From: Bdellovibrionales bacterium | GTDB lineage: Bacteria; Bdellovibrionota; Bdellovibrionia; Bdellovibrionales; JAMPXM01 | Direction of reading: 5' to 3' | Assembly (NCBI GenBank): GCA_043746165.1 | Contig: JAYTRM010000225.1 | Location: 1-20,090, forward strand | DNA length: 20,090 bases | Shown here: positions 15,240 to 20,090 of the stretch, piece by piece | Numbering within the stretch: position 1 is the stretch's first letter | Layout: each line of letters begins with the position of its first letter | Translations under genes and position numbers: made by a program | Notes under the pieces: model-generated | What the model saw: the letters and a program-made list of their open reading frames with translations, nothing else | The model's database searches: none | Told to the model about the DNA's origin: nothing

Positions 15240-17450
15240 TTAAATTCTGTTGAGCAGCTTCAACGCACTCACGACAATTTCATCGCGACTCGGAAGACCT
15301 GCGGCCGCTGCGCGACCAAGAGGAATAAAGCAATCATCCGCTGCGACAACCTTGACGCGCGGACGGTTTTCTAGCTCTTCGGCAATCAGACCGCACATCC
15401 ACTCGCTCCACGAACCTGTCTTGCGGCATTCGTCAACGATCAGGAGATTCGGGCATTGAGCAATTTCTTTGGCGAGCGCCTGACGATCGATCGGCGCCAT
15501 CCACCGCATGTCGATAATTTTTGATTTTATCCCGTGCTCGCTTTCGAGAATTTGTGCCGCTTGCCGCGAGTAATAGGTGCCGTTTCCGTAGGTGATGATC
15601 GTGAAGTCACGGCTTTCGCCGTAGACCCCGAATTCACCCAGCGCAATTTTCTGATCGGGCGGCGGATAGTGAAACGTCCAGGCTTTGTCGTTTTCTTTAC
15701 CCAGGTCGCGAGTCATGTACAGCGCGATCGGCTCAACAAAGACCACCACCCGCCCCCGCTCCCAAGCTTCTTCGGTGCAGGTTCTGAGCATCTTCACGGC
15801 GTCTTCGCCATTTGACGGGACCGCGATGATGACACCGGGAATATCGCGAAATACCGCAAGCGAATTGTCGTTGTGAAAATGACCGCCGAAACCTTTTTGA
15901 TAAGGAAGGCCTGCGACCCGAATCACCATGCCATTGGTGAACTGGCCCTTAGAGAAAAACGCTAGGGTTGCCGCCTCACCGCGAATTTGATCCTCGGCAT
16001 TGTGAACGTAGGCTACGAATTGGATTTCGGGGATCGGCAAAAAACCATTATGGGCCATGCCGATCGCCGTTCCGAGAATCGTTTGCTCGTCGAGTAGCGA
16101 ATTGAAAACACGGCGGGGGCCAAAGCGCTTGTGCAGACCGTCGGTCACGTTGTACACGCCACCTTTTTGGGCGACGTCTTCGCCGAACACTACGGCACCA
16201 GGATATCTGGCTAGAGTTTCAAAGAGCGCAAAGTTGATGAGCTTTGCTAAATGCAGTGGGCTTTTAAGTTTCGCTGCGTCCGAGCCGAAAATCTCCGGCC
16301 AGTTTTCTTCTTGCGGAACCGGCGGGGATTTTTTCGGAAAATGGCAGGCGATCAGGCTTTCGCGCACTTCTTCTCGCTTGAGATACTTCGGCCGGGTTTT
16401 GGAATATTCGCCGATCGCGGCGATTTGGGTCTCGAGCGCTTGGTACATGTCGACGATCTCACCAGGACGCAAAAGGCCATTCTCGACGGCAATTCGCGCC
16501 GAATGAAGAAGTGGATCGTTAAATTCCGTCGCTTCGATGCGAGCCAAGGGGTGATAAGACATCTCCATGTCTGAACCCGCATGACCGAGCAGGCGCACGG
16601 TCTTCATGTGCAGAAAAACAGGCTTTTTGAAAGTTCGCGCAAATCGCTCGGCCTCGCGCGCGGCTCGCGTCACGTCGCACAGGTTGAGCCCATCACAGCG
16701 GATGTAGTGAAGACCAGAACGTTCGCCATACTGAGTTTCAAGCCACTGATGCGGCGTCGAAACCGATATGCCGATGCCATTGTCTTCACAGATCAACACC
16801 AGAGGGAGCGGCACGTTCTGGTGCGAAATCCACAACGCCGAATTGACCGCGCCAACTGCGGTCGAGTGATTGATCGAAGCGTCGCCAAAAGAACAAAAAA
16901 CCACGGCGTCGGCTGGCATCACCGCTGATTCGAGTTTGAGGTCTCGCGCCCGCCCAATTGACATCGCGGCTCCGACGGCCTTTGGCAAGTGCGATGCGAT
17001 GGTGCTGGTTTGCGGCGGCACCATGAGTGGGTAACTTCCAAAAACTTTATGCCTGCCGCCGGCGATCGGGTCGTCGCTTGAAGCCACAAACGACAACATG
17101 GTGTCGTAAAGTGGTGTCGAGCCGGGAATTTGTTTTGCCCTCTGAATCATGAACGCGCAGCTGCGGTAGTGAACAAAAGCCATGTCGGTGACGCGAAAAG
17201 CTTTTCCCCAGACTGCGTTGGCTTCATGGCCGGCACTGCCGATGGTGTAAAAGCATTCGTTTTGATTCTTTAAGATTCGTGCCCGCAAATCCATCTGCCG
17301 ACTCATCATCTGAGTCTCAAATAAGTCCAAGAATTCTGGCCCGGTGAGCCCGCTTTCGCTCAAGCCCGTGTGACTGCGCGGCTCCGGAAAGTGCTCTTTA
17401 CCAACGAATTCAACGAAATTTTTGTCTACGACCTCGGCTCGATTGTACAT
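15240..17450 (-). CDS. fused 2-oxoacid dehydrogenase E1 component (alpha and beta subunits in one 736-aa polypeptide), TPP-dependent
   Basis: The N-terminal half is E1-alpha-like (FGDASINHS...LVLICEDNGIGISV matches the TPP-binding region, ...CENNGYAIST). The C-terminal half is E1-beta-like (GEDVAQKGGVYNVTDGLHKRFGPRRVFNSLLDEQTILGTAIGMAHNGFLPIPEIQFVAY). No E2 or E3 gene is in the operon. Confidence 0.9.
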   Translation of the reverse strand: MYNRAEVVDKNFVEFVGKEHFPEPRSHTGLSESGLTGPEFLDLFETQMMSRQMDLRARILKNQNECFYTIGSAGHEANAVWGKAFRVTDMAFVHYRSCAFMIQRAKQIPGSTPLYDTMLSFVASSDDPIAGGRHKVFGSYPLMVPPQTSTIASHLPKAVGAAMSIGRARDLKLESAVMPADAVVFCSFGDASINHSTAVGAVNSALWISHQNVPLPLVLICEDNGIGISVSTPHQWLETQYGERSGLHYIRCDGLNLCDVTRAAREAERFARTFKKPVFLHMKTVRLLGHAGSDMEMSYHPLARIEATEFNDPLLHSARIAVENGLLRPGEIVDMYQALETQIAAIGEYSKTRPKYLKREEVRESLIACHFPKKSPPVPQEENWPEIFGSDAAKLKSPLHLAKLINFALFETLARYPGAVVFGEDVAQKGGVYNVTDGLHKRFGPRRVFNSLLDEQTILGTAIGMAHNGFLPIPEIQFVAYVHNAEDQIRGEAATLAFFSKGQFTNGMVIRVAGLPYQKGFGGHFHNDNSLAVFRDIPGVIIAVPSNGEDAVKMLRTCTEEAWERGRVVVFVEPIALYMTRDLGKENDKAWTFHYPPPDQKIALGEFGVYGESRDFTIITYGNGTYYSRQAAQILESEHGIKSKIIDMRWMAPIDRQALAKEIAQCPNLLIVDECRKTGSWSEWMCGLIAEELENRPRVKVVAADDCFIPLGRAAAAGLPSRDEIVVSALKLLNRI

Positions 17451-17504
17451 AGAATGAAATGCTACATTCCTGCAAAACTGAATAGCAAGCAGGCTTGAAG
17501 CTCC

Positions 17505-17564
17505 GGTGCAGTCCGTCGTTGCAGCCCGTCGTTACAGCCGGTGGGTGCAGTCCGTCGTTGCAGC
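17505..17564. repeat. intergenic direct repeats: identical 21-mer GGTGCAGTCCGTCGTTGCAGC at 17505-17525 and 17544-17564, built from 13-bp CCGTCGTT(G/A)CAG sub-units at 17513, 17526 and 17552
   Basis: Read directly in the 292-bp divergent region between the E1 operon start (17450) and the gcdH start (17743). A candidate regulator operator array. Confidence 0.6.
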
Positions 17565-17659
17565 TCGGGATTTGCGATTTGGTGTGACCGCAGCCAGGTC
17601 TGGGTATCGGTTTGAACCGACAGAAACCAATGAGCGGGACGCGCGGCCAGACGACGGGC

Positions 17660-17710
17660 CGCAACGGAATGTCCCCAGCCCCTTGCCCCCGTTGCGAAAC
17701 TGCGCGAAAC
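17660..17710. promoter_or_regulatory. 8-bp inverted repeat CGCAACGG (17660-17667) / CCGTTGCG (17689-17696) followed by tandem GCGAAAC (17694-17700, 17704-17710), just upstream of gcdH
   Basis: Read directly in the sequence. It is located 33-83 nt upstream of the gcdH ATG, where a promoter or operator would be expected. The function is inferred. Confidence 0.3.
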
Positions 17711-17742
17711 TTCACGCTTAGCCAACGTTAAGGAGACTTCAG

Positions 17743-18912
17743 ATGAAAGCGTACGAATCACTCAATTACTTGCAAGAAGATGGCTTACTGACGAGCGACG
17801 AGATCATGATTCGCGATTCCGTTCGCGATCTCGTCGATAAAGAAGTCATGCCGACTCTGCAGGCCGCTAATCGCGACGAGAAGTTCCCTGCGCACTTGAT
17901 TCCCCGCTTTGCGGAGATGGGTTTGCTCGGCTCGACCATTCAGGGGTACGGCTGCGCGGGCCTCGGGCATGTCGCGTACGGCTTGACGATGATGGAACTT
18001 GAGCGCGGCGACTCGGGCATACGCTCCTTTTGCTCCGTGCAGGGCGCGCTGGTCATGTATCCGATTTACACTTACGGCTCGGAAGCGCAAAAAGACAAAT
18101 ACCTCTCCAAACTCGCCAAAGCGCAATTGATTGGTTGCTTTGGCCTCACCGAGCCCGACGCAGGATCAAACCCTGGCTCAATGCGTACCGCTGCCGTTAA
18201 AGTTCCCGGCGGCTACAAGCTGAACGGCAATAAAATGTGGATCACCAACGGCTGCATTTCTGACATCGCCGTCGTCTGGGCTAAACTTGACGGAGAAGTC
18301 CGAGGTTTCATCATCGAAAAGGGCACTAAGGGCTTTTCGACCAGCACAATGAAGGGCAAATTCTCGCTCCGGGTCAGCGTCACTTCGGAGCTCCATATGC
18401 AAGACTGCGTTGTTCCTGAGGAGAATCTGCTTCCTAAGGGCGTTGGCCTCAAAGCGCCGCTGAGCTGTCTCACGCAAGCTCGCTACGGCATTGCCTGGGG
18501 CGTCTTGGGCGCCGCTAACCAGTGCTTCGACGTCGCCCTCAACTACGCAAAAGAACGGACGATCTTCGACGGAAAAGCACTTTCACACTACCAGCTGGCC
18601 CAGGCAAAACTCGTGAAAATGGCGCAAGAAATCACCAAGGGCAAACTGCTCGTCATTCAGGCAGGAAGACTCAAGGAAGCCGGTAAACTCGAGCCCCATC
18701 ACGTTTCACTTATTAAGATGAACAATTGCCGCGCGGCTCTCGATATTGCTCGCGATGCCCGCGACCTCCTCGGCGCCAATGGCATCATCGACGAGTATCC
18801 AGTGATTCGCCACATGATGAACCTCGAAACCGTGAACACTTACGAAGGTACCGAAGACGTTCACAGGCTTGTGATTGGCCAAGCTCTTACAGGGCAGGCG
18901 GCTTTCCGTTAA
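17743..18912 (+). CDS. gcdH: glutaryl-CoA dehydrogenase (acyl-CoA dehydrogenase family)
   Basis: AAGGAG is 7 nt upstream of the ATG. Long blocks are near-identical to eukaryotic and bacterial GCDH (GYGCAGLGHVAYGL, ELERGDSGIRSF.SVQGALVM.PIYTYGSEAQKDKYL, LIGCFGLTEPDAGS). The C-terminal YEGTEDVH contains the catalytic Glu. Confidence 0.9.
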   Translation: MKAYESLNYLQEDGLLTSDEIMIRDSVRDLVDKEVMPTLQAANRDEKFPAHLIPRFAEMGLLGSTIQGYGCAGLGHVAYGLTMMELERGDSGIRSFCSVQGALVMYPIYTYGSEAQKDKYLSKLAKAQLIGCFGLTEPDAGSNPGSMRTAAVKVPGGYKLNGNKMWITNGCISDIAVVWAKLDGEVRGFIIEKGTKGFSTSTMKGKFSLRVSVTSELHMQDCVVPEENLLPKGVGLKAPLSCLTQARYGIAWGVLGAANQCFDVALNYAKERTIFDGKALSHYQLAQAKLVKMAQEITKGKLLVIQAGRLKEAGKLEPHHVSLIKMNNCRAALDIARDARDLLGANGIIDEYPVIRHMMNLETVNTYEGTEDVHRLVIGQALTGQAAFR

Positions 18913-19738
18913 GTGTCCCTTTGAGCTCGCTCCAATAGAGCGGGCTCTGTGCGATGTTACCGTGCTCAAATCCCGGCAAAAGAATCAGCTTAAGGCGAGG
19001 AATCTCGGCCTTCAAATCAATCGAGTTTTGCACTGGCACGGTTGCATCCCGATCACCGTGAAAGATCAACACCGGTGCTTTAACTTGGGCGAGCCATAAG
19101 TTTTGTTGAAGCTTGTATTTCAAAATAAAATTAAGCAGAAACTCTGGCAAAAATGGGAGCGTTCGTCGCGCCATACGCCCCATGCTGTAGTAAGGCGACT
19201 CCAAAACTAAGAGGTCGCAGCCCTGAGCCGATGCCAAGTAGCTCGCTAAACCGGTGCCGATCGAACGACCGTAAATGACAAATTGCAGCCCCCTTGCCTT
19301 GGCTTCGGCAGAGGCCTTTTGCCCAAACATATCGGCCAGGCTTAGAAGCTGCAGCTGTGAAGAAATGGCCCCGGTAGACTTGCCGTAGCCAGGGAAATCC
19401 ATGATCCAAACAACGGAATTTGTATTTTGCGCGAGTTCCTCGGCGACCTCGCCCCAGGATGATAGATTTCCGGCATTGCCGTGAAAATACAAAATTAACG
19501 AATGGGGCTTATCGGGCTCGAAAATCAGACTATGGATTTTCTCGTCTCCGCCACTCACCGTCAGGTCGAGAGTTCTCTCGCTATAGGCCGTCTTGAATTG
19601 GAAATGGAAGGCATCGGGCAGAGCATCAGCGACGAAAATAAGCTTTTCCTGAAGCACAAAGAGCACCAGGAGAAAAATGGCCAGTAAAGTAGCAGCGAGG
19701 ACGAGGTACGAAAGAATCACGGTTTTTACATTTCCCAC
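18887..19738 (-). CDS. membrane-anchored alpha/beta-fold hydrolase (ABHD-like serine hydrolase)
   Basis: The GTG start has an N-terminal TM (VILSYLVLAATLLAIFLLVLFVL). The oxyanion motif is HGNAGN, the nucleophile elbow is GRSIGTG, the acid is in HGDRDATVP and the His is in GFEHGN. The 3' end overlaps the gcdH 3' end by 26 nt (convergent). Confidence 0.8.
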   Translation of the reverse strand: MGNVKTVILSYLVLAATLLAIFLLVLFVLQEKLIFVADALPDAFHFQFKTAYSERTLDLTVSGGDEKIHSLIFEPDKPHSLILYFHGNAGNLSSWGEVAEELAQNTNSVVWIMDFPGYGKSTGAISSQLQLLSLADMFGQKASAEAKARGLQFVIYGRSIGTGLASYLASAQGCDLLVLESPYYSMGRMARRTLPFLPEFLLNFILKYKLQQNLWLAQVKAPVLIFHGDRDATVPVQNSIDLKAEIPRLKLILLPGFEHGNIAQSPLYWSELKGTLNGKPPAL

Positions 19739-19924
19739 TTGTTCATTTTTAACCTTTTGGCGTTGCTAAGTGAAGATCATTCGCGTTCGTCTCAATGACT
19801 CAAAAGATTTTCTTTTGGGTCTAGTGAGATTGGTGCTAACATATTTATTGGGCCAAGAATTAGGCTGAAAAAATTGTTTAGCCCGCAGCAACCTGAGACC
19901 CTAACCAGGTGGGAGCCGAATAAC

Positions 19925-20090
19925 GATGGCAAAAATGGAACGGTACTTCGACCAAGAATTCGGAACCCTTCGCGAAAAGGTTCTCGAAATGGGTGCGGCG
20001 GTCGAGCGATCTATTGAACTTGCCGTCGGTGGACTGATTGCGCGCGACTTGAATCTGTTTGATCAGGTCATGGAAAACGAACACAAGATC
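19925..20090 (+). CDS. phoU: phosphate signalling/transport regulator PhoU, 5' fragment (continues beyond window)
   Basis: MAKMERYFDQEFGTLREKVLEMGAAVERSIELAVGGLIARDLNLFDQVMENEHKI matches the conserved PhoU N-terminal helix pair. It is preceded by GGGAG. Confidence 0.8.

Noticed and set aside
15250-16928. Plus-strand ORFs of 69-149 aa inside the E1 gene
   Set aside because: They are antisense to a 736-aa CDS with strong alpha/beta E1 homology, and their composition is Arg-rich antisense-type.
17410-17761. Three overlapping ORFs of 71-101 aa (two minus, one plus) in the E1/gcdH intergenic region
   Set aside because: They are generated by the GC-rich repeat array, with repetitive translations such as QSVVAARRYSRWVQSVVAAR. 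There is no start context. The region is better explained as regulatory DNA.
1-20090. Search for CRISPR arrays, tRNA/rRNA genes, IS elements, integrases and phage genes
   Set aside because: There are no regularly spaced repeats with spacers, no tRNA-like cloverleaf regions and no transposase, integrase or structural phage signatures in any of the long ORFs. The window appears to be core chromosome, or a stable accessory region, rather than a mobile element.

Overview
The window looks like a bacterial chromosomal segment. It is roughly 50% GC, uses GTG/TTG starts often and has many 1-14 nt gene overlaps. The protein families are consistent with a Bdellovibrio-like or delta-proteobacterial host, but that is inference from composition and gene content only. 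No rRNA, tRNA, CRISPR array, transposase or integrase was seen. Three blocks stand out. First, a tightly coupled 9-gene plus-strand operon at about 1.0-9.06 kb. It encodes an SPFH/band-7 protein with a C-terminal SHOCT-like tail and two paralogous zinc-ribbon/DUF4178-like proteins. These are followed by a tiny membrane protein, a DUF350-like membrane protein and a spermidine-synthase-family aminopropyltransferase fused to an N-terminal polytopic membrane domain. The last three genes are a Tat-signal FAD oxidoreductase, an unknown 8-TM protein and a small pyruvoyl S-adenosylmethionine decarboxylase (SpeH type). I read this as a membrane-stress (Psp-neighbourhood-like, but PspA-less) module with its own complete polyamine (aminopropyl) cassette, and it is the best candidate for an undescribed system. 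Second, a secreted/outer-membrane cluster at 9.3-12.7 kb. It holds a Cys-rich secreted protein, two tandem paralogous small secreted proteins sharing a 4-Cys pattern (DUF3015-like), and a large signal-peptide protein ending in YYYY (Lnb/DUF4105-like N-terminus, probable C-terminal beta-barrel). Third, a minus-strand operon at 12.8-17.45 kb. It encodes a fused 2-oxoacid dehydrogenase E1 alpha+beta, a FabD-like acyltransferase that seems to lack the malonyl-binding Arg, and a receiver/HD-G(F)P response regulator, with the stop and start codons overlapping. This operon shares a repeat-rich 292-bp divergent control region with a glutaryl-CoA dehydrogenase gene. A membrane-anchored alpha/beta hydrolase and the 5' end of phoU finish the window.
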